DNA of 64,000 nucleotides from an uncultured Planctomycetota bacterium (GCA_963841915.1 CAWJEN010000006.1:64001-128000); one strand, 5' to 3'; numbered from the stretch's first letter, positions 1 to 10,003 are shown. The notes: a model not told the origin generated them from the sequence alone. A program made the numbers and translations.

Positions 1-578
1 TTCGAGAGGTGCAGAAAGAACTTGAGCACGACGGCCCCTTCGCTGGCCAGCAACTGCTCGAAGGCGTTGATCTGTCCGTACCGGCGCCGCCAGGTGGCCT
101 CGGGCACGATCTGCTTGACACGCTCGACGAGCACCGCTTCGTAGTGGCTGCGGTTGTGGATCGCAGTCATGCCGTTGGCCGGGCACTTGTCGTGGTGCCG
201 CCAGAGAAAGTCATGACGTTTCTCCAGTTCCGTGGGCTGTTTGAAGCTCCAGACACGAACGCCCTGCGGGTTGAGCCCGCCGAAACACCGGCGGACGGTC
301 GAGTCTTTGCCACCGGCGTCGATGGCCTGCAGCACGATGAGCATCGAGCGTGAACCGTCGGCATAGAAGGCATCCTGAAGCTCCTGTAGCGCTGCCACGT
401 GAACGTCTGTAGCGTCCTTGGCGTCGTCCTTATCGACGTCGAGTAACTTGGCACCGGTCGGCAGCTTGTCGAGCTTGAATGACGATGCCGACGCGTCGCC
501 CGGCACCTTGGCCTGCGGAACGCGGAACGTCTCAGCGAGTTTCAGCACGTCTTTAAGGTCAGCAGATGCGTCGGCCAT
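1..578 (-). CDS. ppk2: Polyphosphate kinase 2 family protein (3' end runs off the window)
   Basis: Not in the ORF track. Manual translation from ATG 578 gives MADASADLKD...LIVLQAIDAGGKDSTVRR...NPQGVRVWSFKQPT...HDFLWR...NRSHYEAVLVERV...LKFFLHLS, typical PPK2 motifs. Confidence 0.92.
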   Translation of the reverse strand, partial: MADASADLKDVLKLAETFRVPQAKVPGDASASSFKLDKLPTGAKLLDVDKDDAKDATDVHVAALQELQDAFYADGSRSMLIVLQAIDAGGKDSTVRRCFGGLNPQGVRVWSFKQPTELEKRHDFLWRHHDKCPANGMTAIHNRSHYEAVLVERVKQIVPEATWRRRYGQINAFEQLLASEGAVVLKFFLHLS

Positions 579-603
579 AGAGCTCACGCTACGGTGCCGG
601 CTT

Positions 604-1143
604 ATGAAGCTGTACACGAAGACCGGTGACGACGGCACGACAGGGCTCATCGGTGGCAGACGCGTCGACAAGTTCGACCTGCGGATCGAGGCCTACGGCA
701 CGGTCGACGAACTCAACGCAGTTCTCGGTGTGGCCGCGGTTGCGGGCGAGGGCTGGCTGGTCGACCTGCTTGGCGAGGTGCAGAGCGATCTATTTGCGAT
801 CGGCAGTCATCTCGCCGCCGCTGACGGCGAGACGGCAAATCTGAAGCTACCAGCCGTGCCTGATCCCGCGCCGTTGGAGCACCAGATCGATGCAGCCGAG
901 ACCGAGTTGGAGCCGCTGACGAGCTTCATTTTGCCGGGCGGTTCCGAGGCGGCCGCCCGGCTGCACCTGGCCCGCTGCGTCTGCCGCCGTGCCGAGCGGC
1001 TGGTGACCGAGCTGTCGAAGCGGGAGCCGGTGGCAAAGCCGATACTCGTGTACCTCAACCGGTTGAGCGATTGGCTGTTCGTGCAGGCCCGAGTGGCGAA
1101 CTCCCGGACCAACGTGCCCGACCTCCCGTGGACGACGGCGTGA
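604..1143 (+). CDS. pduO: PduO-type ATP:cob(I)alamin adenosyltransferase
   Basis: MKLYTKTGDDGTTGL, EAYGTVDELN, FILPGG, RRAER, YLNRLSDWLF. Start trimmed to ATG 604. Confidence 0.93.
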   Translation: MKLYTKTGDDGTTGLIGGRRVDKFDLRIEAYGTVDELNAVLGVAAVAGEGWLVDLLGEVQSDLFAIGSHLAAADGETANLKLPAVPDPAPLEHQIDAAETELEPLTSFILPGGSEAAARLHLARCVCRRAERLVTELSKREPVAKPILVYLNRLSDWLFVQARVANSRTNVPDLPWTTA

Positions 1144-1420
1144 CAGGTCCGGCACACCGCACCAAATTCCCCCAGCTTCGCAAATTGGGGAACGTCGGTG
1201 CGATTCTTGGGAAAAATTTCAACGTTGCTACTTGCAGAAGCAGCACCACTTGCTACTTTGGCGGAACCAATCGGTGATGCCGCTGACCACGGCACCGGGA
1301 GAGACGAGAGAAATCAGTACAACATCCGGTGCTCGTTGTTCAGCATTTTTTCCGCAGCGTAGATGCTGCAGATGTGGTGAGCGTTGTTCGCTAGCCCGTC
1401 ACGATTCTGGAGAGACATTC

Positions 1421-2332
1421 ATGACCCGTAACTTCTTTGCCGCCACCGCGGCTGTCGCACTTCTGGCCGTCCCGGCTTTCGGCTTCGACTACGACGAGGC
1501 CATCCTCGGCGACTTGTCCGACGACGAGCTGATCCCGACCTTCATCCCGTTCACGTTCGGCAGCAACTCGGTCACCGGCACCATCGGTGGCCCTGCAGCA
1601 ACGAGTCCGCCTGACGACTTCTTCGACGCCTTCAGCTTCACGCTGGCCGCCGGTGAGTCTCTGACGAGCGTTTTCGTCGATAGCTATGTCGCCTCAGGCG
1701 GCAACACGACGTCTGGTTTCAACATCTACTCGGGCCTGAACGCGGACACCTTCATCGACAGCCCGCTGTTTGGCCCAGCTGACGTTGGCACGGACATCTT
1801 GCCCGGTGCACTTGCACCAGGTGATTACACGGTCGGCATCCGTGAAGGCACGCCCGGTCAGGCATACAGCCTGTCGCTGAACATCGGCCTGTTCGTCCCT
1901 CCGCCACCGCCACCGGCCACGTCGGTAGTTCTTGACCCAGCAGGCAGCGTCATGGGCAGCCTCGGTGCCGGTGAGGTGCTGTTCTACGAGTTCGATTTTG
2001 ACGGAACAACGGGCACCGTCGACTCGTTCGGCACAAGCTTCGACACCGAGTTGGGCCTTTACAACGCCAGCGGCGTTCTCGTTGACAGTAACGATGACAC
2101 GGCTCCGGGTCTGCAGAGCCAGATCGTGCTCGACGGTCTCGCTGCGGGGACGTACTACCTCGCTTTCGGGGGGTTCAACACGACCTTTGGTGCCGCCGAC
2201 TTTGCGGCCACGTCGGCGTCGACCACCAACTTCGGTGACTTCGTCATCAACGGCATCGCCGTTCCCGAGCCGACGAGCCTCGCGCTCCTCGGCATGGGTG
2301 GCCTGGCCATGTTGCGTCGCCGTCGCGCCTGA
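1421..2332 (+). CDS. PEP-CTERM surface protein with two extracellular domains (second PPC-like) joined by a poly-Pro linker
   Basis: Signal peptide, GGAGAG RBS, FDTELGLY...NDD motif, C-terminal VPEPTSLALLGMGGLAMLRRRRA. Confidence 0.9.
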   Translation: MTRNFFAATAAVALLAVPAFGFDYDEAILGDLSDDELIPTFIPFTFGSNSVTGTIGGPAATSPPDDFFDAFSFTLAAGESLTSVFVDSYVASGGNTTSGFNIYSGLNADTFIDSPLFGPADVGTDILPGALAPGDYTVGIREGTPGQAYSLSLNIGLFVPPPPPPATSVVLDPAGSVMGSLGAGEVLFYEFDFDGTTGTVDSFGTSFDTELGLYNASGVLVDSNDDTAPGLQSQIVLDGLAAGTYYLAFGGFNTTFGAADFAATSASTTNFGDFVINGIAVPEPTSLALLGMGGLAMLRRRRA

Positions 2333-2362
2333 GCGACTTCGAGGTTGCACCTTCAGTCAGTC

Positions 2363-2403
2363 GGCCGCCCCGCGAGCAATCGCGGGGCGGCCTTCGTTTT
2401 ATT
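2363..2403 (+). terminator. Rho-independent terminator
   Basis: Perfect 13-bp stem GGCCGCCCCGCGA/TCGCGGGGCGGCC, GCAA loop, T-rich tail. Confidence 0.85.
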
Positions 2404-2425
2404 CGTCGCGTAACTTCTCTTCGAC

Positions 2426-3514
2426 GTGACGGCGGTGACGAAACAACTTCTTCGGCCCTTGCTCCGCCGACACCAGTGCGTGCGCACCCGCGTCGACCGC
2501 GAGAGCCAGGCGGCGATGGTGCTGCTGTCGGCGGTCTTCATCGTCGTCATGACGCTCGCGTTGCCGCACAGTTTTACGACGCTTGAGGGAGCGTCCGGAG
2601 CCGCGGCCGTGGTCGATCAGCTTGACACGGCAACAGAGGTGACGCATTCGCCGGGACCGTTGGAGCGGTCACAGCGCCTTTCCATTGCAGCTCGGCTGAC
2701 GTTGGTGGCATTGGCGCTGCCGTTCTGGTTGGAGGTGCTGTTGCGGCTGGTGTGGGTCGAACGCGGGCCGTCGACGTGCGGCGTGGAGCGGGCGTCCTTC
2801 AAGCGGGTGGCTCATCTAATAGCAGTTGCACTCGTGCCGCCGCTTCGACCGACGCTCGCGCCGGCATCCATGCCTGCTTGGAACTGGCTGCCGGGTCTGG
2901 GCTGGCGGCGGACGACACGGGAGCTGGCCCGGCACGTTCAGCGGGCGCTGGGCAAGCCGATGCTGCTGATCGCGCTGCTCATCTTGCCGGTGCTCGTCGT
3001 TCAGCTCTTGCTCGATGACGCGATCAAGGAGTACGAAGGCCTTGCGCTGGGCCTCGATATTGCGATCCGGCTCATCTGGCTGGCATTTACGGTTGAGTTT
3101 CTGCTTGTGCTGAGCGTATCGCCGCGAAAGCTGGAGTACGCGGTGACGCATTGGGTCGATCTCGTGATCATTCTGCTGCCGTTCGTCGCCTTCGCCCGGA
3201 CGCTGCGACTGGTGCGGGCCGGACAGCTGTTGCGGGCCGGTCAGATGACGAAGCTCGCCAGCACGTATCGGCTTCGCGGCCTTGCGGTCAAGACGATGCA
3301 GGCGGTGCTGATGCTCCGTGTGCTGGAGAATGTCAGCGGTGTGATGGCCAAGCGACGTATCGAAAAGATCGGCGAGACCATCGCCAGGCGTCGCGAGGAG
3401 ATTCACGACCTGCAGGCCGAGCGACGCGAGCTTCGGGCGGACCTGGCCAAACGGCTGTGGCAGCGTCGCCGAAAGCGACAACGGGTGAGGCAAAAGCAGG
3501 GAACAGCGGCTTGA
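2426..3514 (+). CDS. Membrane protein with an ion-channel S1-S4 (voltage-sensor-like) module and C-terminal coiled coil; no pore visible
   Basis: WLAFTVEF (S2), HWVDLVIILLP (S3), RTLRLVR (S4); no TxGYG filter. Confidence 0.65.
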   Translation: MTAVTKQLLRPLLRRHQCVRTRVDRESQAAMVLLSAVFIVVMTLALPHSFTTLEGASGAAAVVDQLDTATEVTHSPGPLERSQRLSIAARLTLVALALPFWLEVLLRLVWVERGPSTCGVERASFKRVAHLIAVALVPPLRPTLAPASMPAWNWLPGLGWRRTTRELARHVQRALGKPMLLIALLILPVLVVQLLLDDAIKEYEGLALGLDIAIRLIWLAFTVEFLLVLSVSPRKLEYAVTHWVDLVIILLPFVAFARTLRLVRAGQLLRAGQMTKLASTYRLRGLAVKTMQAVLMLRVLENVSGVMAKRRIEKIGETIARRREEIHDLQAERRELRADLAKRLWQRRRKRQRVRQKQGTAA

Positions 3515-3547
3515 ACCCATAGTGGTTCAGCGGGTAAAACCTCTGAC

Positions 3548-5908
3548 ATGCGTCGTCTGCTCAGCCTGGTCACCGCTGTCGTAACGGGTTTTGCGGGAAC
3601 CCACTGTCTTGCCGCTGATGCTGAATCCGTCGACACGGCCATCGCAAAAGCAGTGGGCAACATCTACAGCCAGCAGAATGAGGGCCAGCCACACTGGGAG
3701 TGGGCAACGCCGACTCCTTATCCCGAAGGCGAAGTTAAAGTCGAGTTCGACGTCCACCGCGAAGGCCAATGGGGCGGCAGAACGGCTTTGGCTTTGTACG
3801 CCTTGCTGGCCGCGGGTGAGCAGCCCACGGACCCGAGGCTCGCTCCGTCGATCGACTGGTTGCTCCAACAGGATGTCCGCGGCACCTACGCGTGCGGCAC
3901 GAGGCTGCTGGCGTGCACGTACCTGCCGCTGAACGACGAAGTTAAAGATGCTGTTCGGCGAGACGCGACCACACTACTGAACGGCGTGATCACACGTGGG
4001 CTGGCGTCGGGGCATTGGGACTACGTCAACGGCTGGATCCGACCTGACGGCGACACGTTCCGCTACAGCCACAGCCGAAGCCAGTACGGCTTGCTCGGCC
4101 TCGACGCGGCGGCGCGGATGGGGTATGACATTCCGATGCCCGTGTGGCAAGGAACCGACGCGGGTTGGCGACGTAACCAGCGGTCCGATGCCGGCTGGGG
4201 GTACCAGCACCCCAATAGCTACAAGCCGGAACCGACCACGCCCGGCATGACGGCTGCCGGCGTTGCCAGCTTGTTTCTCACGCAGCGACACTTACTTGGA
4301 GAACCGGCCACGCGAGGCAATGTGATCGATCAAAATCTCGCTGGTGGTTTGGCATTTCTGGCTATCAATGATGATAAGTGGGCGACCGACGAGACGTACG
4401 ACCGCGACTTTCCGATGGCCACCATCTACGCCGTCGAGCGTGTCGGCGTTGCCAGTGGCCTCCGCTCCATCGGCGGCGAGGACTGGTACGACAAGGGCGT
4501 CGACTGGTTGCTGGCGAGCCAACTCTCCACCGGCTCGTGGAAAAGTGACGCCAGCGAGTCCGGCAGCCTCGGCAGTACGTGCTTCGGGCTGCTGTTTCTG
4601 GCACGTGGGTCGTCGCCGGTCGTCGTGCAGAAACTAGCCCACGGCGATATGGAGGCGGGGATGCAGGCCGCGAAGCAGCTCTACCGGCAGATGGGCGCAC
4701 CCGCCGTAGAGCCGGACGCCGATTTGGCCGCCTTGCTCGCAGGTGATTGGCATCAACGGCCGCTCGACGTCAGCGGTCTCGTCGACTTCCTCGGCCGCGC
4801 AAATGAACAGGAGTTGCACTGGCAGATCGTGACCGCTGATCGGCCGTTGCAGGACTGGCTGAATTCGCCCATGTTGACGCTGGCCGGTTCACGACCTTTA
4901 CGACTCGGCGACACCACCAAGGCGAAGCTTCGCGACTACGTGCGCAACGGCGGCCTCGTCTACTTCAACGCCGACGGGGGTTCCAGAGCGTTTGCCCAGA
5001 GCGTGCGTCAACTCGGAACCGAGCTGTTTCCCGATCAGCAGTGGCAAGTCGTCTCGGACGACAGCCCGATCGTCCGCGGCCGCTTTAACGCGACCGCGGT
5101 CGGTGGAAACGTGCCGAATCTCCTGCAAATCGGAAACGGCGTGCGGCCTTTCTTCGTCTTGGCCGACAAAGCCGACCTCGCTGCTGCGTGGCAAAGACAG
5201 CAAACCGACGATGACAAACCCACCGACACAGTCGCCCTGCAGATCGGAGCAAACCTTCTGGCAGGCACTCTCGATCCCGACAGTCTGCCGCGCAAAGGCA
5301 GCCGCGTGCAGCTGACGGCAGATGATGCGGAAATCTCAGCCATCGCCAAGGTCGGAATTGTTCGCACGGTCGAGCCGGATGCCTGGCGTCGGGTCGCCGT
5401 CACGGCTGCGCTCGAAGACGGGTACGGAATCGAACTTGCCGACGCGTCACTAACCGATACCGACCTGCAGAATTACGACCTGATCGTCTTGGCCGGCGTC
5501 GGACCGCTCGAGCTGTCGCCTCAGGAGCAAGCGGCTCTAACAGCCTACATCGACAACGGCGGCACCCTGCTGCTCGAAGCTACCGGAGGCGATTCCGCAT
5601 TCGCGACGGCAGCGGATGCCTACCTTGCCGAAGCCTTCGGTTCAACAGAACCGTTATCGAAGGATCACCCGCTGCTGGGCGAACCATTCGACGTTTCATG
5701 GAAGCTCGAAGCCAAAAAGAAGTTGGGCGGCTCAGCCGTTGGCGTGCGGCTGCGCGGCGTCGAGCGGGACGGGCGAGTGATCGTGGTCTTCTCGCCCGAC
5801 GATTTATCTGCCGCGGCGGCGGGCAGTCGTTGGCCGATGGTTGGGTACGACCCGGCATCAGCTCGACGGTTGATGGTCCGGATTGCCGCGTACGCCGCCC
5901 GTGACTGA
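3548..5908 (+). CDS. Exported protein: prenyltransferase/squalene-cyclase-like repeats followed by two DUF4159 domains
   Basis: Signal peptide; Q..D.GWGY and WLLASQ...GSW repeats; LRDYVRNGGLV and LTAYIDNGGTLL motifs. Confidence 0.75.
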   Translation: MRRLLSLVTAVVTGFAGTHCLAADAESVDTAIAKAVGNIYSQQNEGQPHWEWATPTPYPEGEVKVEFDVHREGQWGGRTALALYALLAAGEQPTDPRLAPSIDWLLQQDVRGTYACGTRLLACTYLPLNDEVKDAVRRDATTLLNGVITRGLASGHWDYVNGWIRPDGDTFRYSHSRSQYGLLGLDAAARMGYDIPMPVWQGTDAGWRRNQRSDAGWGYQHPNSYKPEPTTPGMTAAGVASLFLTQRHLLGEPATRGNVIDQNLAGGLAFLAINDDKWATDETYDRDFPMATIYAVERVGVASGLRSIGGEDWYDKGVDWLLASQLSTGSWKSDASESGSLGSTCFGLLFLARGSSPVVVQKLAHGDMEAGMQAAKQLYRQMGAPAVEPDADLAALLAGDWHQRPLDVSGLVDFLGRANEQELHWQIVTADRPLQDWLNSPMLTLAGSRPLRLGDTTKAKLRDYVRNGGLVYFNADGGSRAFAQSVRQLGTELFPDQQWQVVSDDSPIVRGRFNATAVGGNVPNLLQIGNGVRPFFVLADKADLAAAWQRQQTDDDKPTDTVALQIGANLLAGTLDPDSLPRKGSRVQLTADDAEISAIAKVGIVRTVEPDAWRRVAVTAALEDGYGIELADASLTDTDLQNYDLIVLAGVGPLELSPQEQAALTAYIDNGGTLLLEATGGDSAFATAADAYLAEAFGSTEPLSKDHPLLGEPFDVSWKLEAKKKLGGSAVGVRLRGVERDGRVIVVFSPDDLSAAAAGSRWPMVGYDPASARRLMVRIAAYAARD

Positions 5909-5952
5909 CGTTAAGGTCGCCCTAGCGACGATGTTTCGGTACAGTGCCGCTC

Positions 5953-6675
5953 GTGAACCCGCTCCGTTTATTTGCTGTTGCCGCCGCCGCTGTGGTTGGC
6001 AGCTTGCCGATCGGCGGCTGCAACGTCGCCGGCTTTGCCGCCCAGGCACTTCCGCCACCGACCGTCGAGGCCGCGTATCAGGACCTTGCCGGACAGTCCG
6101 TCGCCATTGTGCTGTGGGCATCGCCTGAAATTGACGTCGATTACCCGGCTCTGACGCGGCAAATCGGCAGGCGACTCGAGGATTACCTCAAGGGCGCTCG
6201 TGACTCGGGCAACCGGACGACCCGCGAAAGCCTGGCCGGCATGACCTTCCCGCTGCCGAGCGATTCGTTCGTGAAGGCATTCCGCAACGATCCGTCGCTT
6301 GCCTCTGCCACGCCTAAGGAGATTGCTTCGTTGGCTGGTGCGGATCGCGTCGTCTACATTGAGCTCAATAGCTTCACGACCGGCGGCGGTGCAGCGGCCG
6401 GCCTTGTTCGTGGGCTGGCGCAGGCGAATCTGGCGGTTTATGAAGTCGCCGATCCTATTACGACGGAGGCTGAAGCCAGCCTTGCCGCCAAGCGTGGTCA
6501 AAGCGGATCAGTCGTCGAGGGCTATCGCGAGGACGGCATCACCTTCGTCTACCCGCCCAAGGGTCCGGCCGAGGGCAGCAACCGCCTGACGCCCGAAGCG
6601 GCCTACAGCGGCTTGACCTTGGCCATCGCCGACGGCATCGCCCAGCGGCTTGTCGAGCACCGCCAAGAACAGTGA
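5953..6675 (+). CDS. Hypothetical lipoprotein
   Basis: Lipobox IGGC. Start chosen at GTG 5953, 7 nt after TACAGT (ORF track start 5944). Confidence 0.7.
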   Translation: MNPLRLFAVAAAAVVGSLPIGGCNVAGFAAQALPPPTVEAAYQDLAGQSVAIVLWASPEIDVDYPALTRQIGRRLEDYLKGARDSGNRTTRESLAGMTFPLPSDSFVKAFRNDPSLASATPKEIASLAGADRVVYIELNSFTTGGGAAAGLVRGLAQANLAVYEVADPITTEAEASLAAKRGQSGSVVEGYREDGITFVYPPKGPAEGSNRLTPEAAYSGLTLAIADGIAQRLVEHRQEQ

Positions 6676-7235
6676 TGACCCCTCGCTGCACAATGCTTTG
6701 CCTCCTTGGCCTCACCACCGCTGGCATGGCGGGCGGGTGCGCGTTGCTCACCACGCCTGTTGCAGCAGTGACCAAAGCCGGGCTTGGCCCGAAGATACCG
6801 CCGGCGTATGACCTTCAGAAGCAGCCGACGTGGGTACGCGTCACTGCTGATGAGCGGGTGGTCGGCACCGATGTCGTCTTAGCCTCCGATCCGGTTGCGG
6901 TCGAAGCTCGCCGAGCCTTCGAGGCCAGTCGAGAGACCGTCGCCGCTGACGTTGCCTCGCGTGCCAAGCGACTGGTGGTCGTCGATCTCGGGGTGCCCGA
7001 CGATCACGAGAGCATCTTGGGCTCGCCGTTCACGAAGCTGACGGCTGTCGCGCGGGTACGCGTGTATGACGATCTGGGCGTCGAACTCTGGCCGGCCGAC
7101 GGCACGCGTGGCAAGCTCGTCCAGGCGCGGCTGTCCGATGACGCCCGCGGAACACAGGCCGAATTACAGAGGCAGGTGCACCGAGAGCTCGGCCGATCCG
7201 TTGCCGCATTGTTCGTCAGTCACCGCGACGGCTAA
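6672..7235 (+). CDS. Hypothetical lipoprotein, probably a distant paralogue of the upstream gene
   Basis: Lipobox AGGC, 4-bp overlap with the upstream stop, similar P..AY.L..Q motif. Confidence 0.65.
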   Translation: MMTPRCTMLCLLGLTTAGMAGGCALLTTPVAAVTKAGLGPKIPPAYDLQKQPTWVRVTADERVVGTDVVLASDPVAVEARRAFEASRETVAADVASRAKRLVVVDLGVPDDHESILGSPFTKLTAVARVRVYDDLGVELWPADGTRGKLVQARLSDDARGTQAELQRQVHRELGRSVAALFVSHRDG

Positions 7236-7241
7236 TACGAG

Positions 7242-7265
7242 AGCGGCTCCCGCGTGGGAGCCGCT
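7242..7265. terminator. Hairpin between convergent genes
   Basis: Perfect 10-bp stem AGCGGCTCCC/GGGAGCCGCT. Confidence 0.65.
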
Positions 7266-7286
7266 TGTACTGGTGATCTCTGATCT

Positions 7287-7940
7287 TCACTCTGTCTCGA
7301 CGTCCGGTTCGCCGAGTTCCTTACGCAGCCGAATCAAGCCGCGGCGGGCATGGGTCTTTACCGTGCCGAGCGGCAGGTCGAGCTTGTCGGAGATCTCCGG
7401 ATAGCTCTGGCCGTCGAAGATGCTCATGCGAAGTACAAGGCGCTGTGGCTCGCTGAGGTGCCGCATCGCATCGACAGCCCGGCTGGCGTCCTCAGCAATC
7501 TCAGCCGCCTCATCAGGGCCGGCGTAATCGTTGCCGAAGGTCGACAAGGATGCTTCGCTCTCGCCCGTCATCCGGATCCGGCGACTTGTGCGACGAAGCC
7601 GATCGATCAGACGACGCCGGGCGATCGTCATGACGAACGTCCATTCCGAACCGACGTCTGCATCGAACCGGTCGGCGTGACGCCAGAGGTTCAAGAAGAT
7701 GTCCTGGCAGGCATCCTCGGCCTCGGCATGGGTTCGGCAGCTACTGCGGGCCATCGACCAGATTGCACCGCTGTACCTGTCGACACAGGCCTCAATCGCG
7801 CCAGGCTCGGTCACGGCAACACGTGGCAGCAGAGGCTGCTCGCGGGCAACGTCACTAACGCGTTTAGGCGACGATGAAGCCGGCACGCGGGTCGTGCGGC
7901 CGATTCGAAACCAGGCAGGGGTAAGTGCGGCCACTCGCAT
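7287..7940 (-). CDS. ECF sigma factor (SigK-like); start uncertain
   Basis: AEAEDACQDIFLNLW (region 2) and SYPEISDKLDLPLGTVKTHARRGLIRLR (region 4). Confidence 0.9.
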   Translation of the reverse strand: MRVAALTPAWFRIGRTTRVPASSSPKRVSDVAREQPLLPRVAVTEPGAIEACVDRYSGAIWSMARSSCRTHAEAEDACQDIFLNLWRHADRFDADVGSEWTFVMTIARRRLIDRLRRTSRRIRMTGESEASLSTFGNDYAGPDEAAEIAEDASRAVDAMRHLSEPQRLVLRMSIFDGQSYPEISDKLDLPLGTVKTHARRGLIRLRKELGEPDVETE

Positions 7941-8142
7941 GAGGCGAATCGAAGCGATAAAGGTCAGGAGGAGGCTTACGAGGATCGCAAGCGCTTACGC
8001 CAGCTTAACCCATTAACTGCCAGATCGTCAAGCTCGTTGTAACGCCGAAATGGGGGAGCTTGTGAAGTGCATCAGCCGCCATTGATGCGAAACCTGCTTC
8101 TAATCGGACCTTGCATAGCAGCTTTCACCGGTTAAGCTGTAG

Positions 8143-8646
8143 GTGGAGATGAATTCGCCTAGCAACACCGACCAGCCCGCGTCATTCGGGCGAAAACGCG
8201 GTCACCTTGGCCTGCTGGCTGCAATTGCCGTCCTCGTGACGTGTGGTGCGGGGCTCAGCATCCGCTCGCTGTCGCCGCAGACGGCTTCCATGGCAAAGTT
8301 TTCGCTTCGCGACTCGACTGGTGAACGGGTTCGGCTGGCCGACGTCACGCGAGATGGGCCGGCTTTGCTTGTCTTCGGCCATTCCTCACGCGAAGTGGCG
8401 GCCCTTGCTTCGGTAACCGGCGTGCACGAGGTGGCCATCGTGCTGAATCGAGACCCTGTCACGGAGCTGACGATCGGCCGGGGCATCCGATATCTCGTCG
8501 ACCCCGACGGCACTTTGGCCGCAGCCTTCGGTGCCGAAGCCGAGGCCGACGATCCGCACACAATCATCCTCGGCAGCGACGGACAAGTGCTGGCCGCGGG
8601 CAAGGCTTCTGGCCTTGCCGCCCGCGTGTTGCAGCGAAGCATTTAG
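8143..8646 (+). CDS. Membrane-anchored redoxin/AhpC-TSA-like protein lacking CxxC
   Basis: TM helix, then FSLRDSTGERVRLAD...ALLVF and LVDPDGTLAAAFG...PHTIILGSDGQV. Confidence 0.55.
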   Translation: MEMNSPSNTDQPASFGRKRGHLGLLAAIAVLVTCGAGLSIRSLSPQTASMAKFSLRDSTGERVRLADVTRDGPALLVFGHSSREVAALASVTGVHEVAIVLNRDPVTELTIGRGIRYLVDPDGTLAAAFGAEAEADDPHTIILGSDGQVLAAGKASGLAARVLQRSI

Positions 8647-8648
8647 AT

Positions 8649-9944
8649 TTAGTCAGGTTTAAGTGCGGCCCGAACCGCCTCCGCGTGTTCGGGAGTCACG
8701 TGCAGCCGCCGCGTCTTCAGCGTGGCAGATTCGTCATCCAACGCAGCGACGAACGGTGACGCTTCAGCGAGGTCGACGGTGCCCGTCGGCGTGTCGATCA
8801 AGATACCACCGCCACCCGACTTGTACGGACGGTTAAAGGGTTCGTCTGAAAAGACGTCGTAATCGGGCTGCCCGCCAGCATTCGTGACGACGTTCCTAGC
8901 GACCTGCAATGCACTGGCCACGTGTCGCTGCTCCAGATCGATCGTCTTGAAAAGCGTGCGATCAAGCAGGCCTGCACAGAGCTTTGCGAGCATCGCGTCG
9001 CCGCCCCGTCGCCAAGCTTTGAAGCAGCCCAGCACCGACACATCGTCGAGCTCGATGAACTCGTCCGTCGCGAGGCGATCTCCGGTCAGCACCCTCGCCA
9101 CCGCACCGCTGCCGGGCGGCAGAGCCAGGTTCGGCCCCGTCACATCACCCGTCGCCTCACCGAGCAACAGCTCGCGAGCTCGCCGCAGTGCGAGCGTGAC
9201 CATGCCCTCCGCGGCCCGAACGACCTTGTGGAAATAGACGTGGCGGTACATATGGTACCGCGCCTGCAGAAAGGACTCAGCCGCGCTGACGCCTTTGTAC
9301 CCGATCGCCAGACGCGGCCCACCCGTGCTCTCGACAACCGTCATCGCCTGCAGCAGCCACGCCAGATCGTACTGCCCGTAGCGACTGCCCGTCATGAGAT
9401 TGTCCCGCAGCAAATAGTCGAGCCGGTCGGCGTCGAGCTGACTTGAAATCACGTCACACGTCAGGGACCCGCCGCAACCTTCGAGGAGCGAGACGGCCCG
9501 CTCAGGCAGCGTCTGCTCGTGTCGGATCAGAACCCGATAGACCGCCCCATCGGGATCGAGGATCAGGCGACGCGTAACGCCCTCATGCCTGATGCCGCTG
9601 ACGCGTTCGAACACGTGACTGAACGGGCCGTGCCCCAGGTCGTGCAGCAATGCGGCGGCAAGTGTGGCATCACGCTGCAACTCGTCGACGGCGTACCCGC
9701 CACGCTCGAGGCGGGCGAGGATCTTGCGGGCGGTCTCGAAGACCCCCAGGCTGTGGCTGTAGCGGCTGTGATCTGCACCGGGATAAGCGAGGCTGGCGAG
9801 CCCGAGCTGCCGCACGCGTCGCAGCCGCTGAACCTCCGGACACGCCAGCAGGTCAAGTGCCAGGCGATCGACCGGCTCGTCAAGGCGGAGCGCAATGACG
9901 TCGTGCACCGGGTCGCGAAGCACTTTTTCACCGGCAGATCGCAT
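8649..9944 (-). CDS. HD-superfamily phosphohydrolase (YwfO/SAMHD1-like)
   Basis: RDPVH, QRLRRVRQLG, HSRYSHSLG, LLHDLGHGPFSH, LDADRLDYLLRD, VYFHK. Confidence 0.92.
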   Translation of the reverse strand: MRSAGEKVLRDPVHDVIALRLDEPVDRLALDLLACPEVQRLRRVRQLGLASLAYPGADHSRYSHSLGVFETARKILARLERGGYAVDELQRDATLAAALLHDLGHGPFSHVFERVSGIRHEGVTRRLILDPDGAVYRVLIRHEQTLPERAVSLLEGCGGSLTCDVISSQLDADRLDYLLRDNLMTGSRYGQYDLAWLLQAMTVVESTGGPRLAIGYKGVSAAESFLQARYHMYRHVYFHKVVRAAEGMVTLALRRARELLLGEATGDVTGPNLALPPGSGAVARVLTGDRLATDEFIELDDVSVLGCFKAWRRGGDAMLAKLCAGLLDRTLFKTIDLEQRHVASALQVARNVVTNAGGQPDYDVFSDEPFNRPYKSGGGGILIDTPTGTVDLAEASPFVAALDDESATLKTRRLHVTPEHAEAVRAALKPD

Positions 9945-9975
9945 GGACGCACTTTACCCGTGTCGCCCCACACGC

Positions 9976-10003
9976 AAAACGCCGCGACCAAAGGGCCGCG
10001 GCG
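9976..10003 (-). terminator. Terminator of rpsD
   Basis: CGCCGCG...CGCGGCG stem followed by TTTT on the minus strand. Confidence 0.6.

Noticed and set aside
1144..1420. Structured ncRNA or cobalamin riboswitch after pduO
   Set aside because: Only an imperfect hairpin; no B12-box or tRNA features recognised.
8649..9944. HD protein as an anti-phage dNTPase
   Set aside because: Housekeeping context next to rpsD, with no defence genes nearby.
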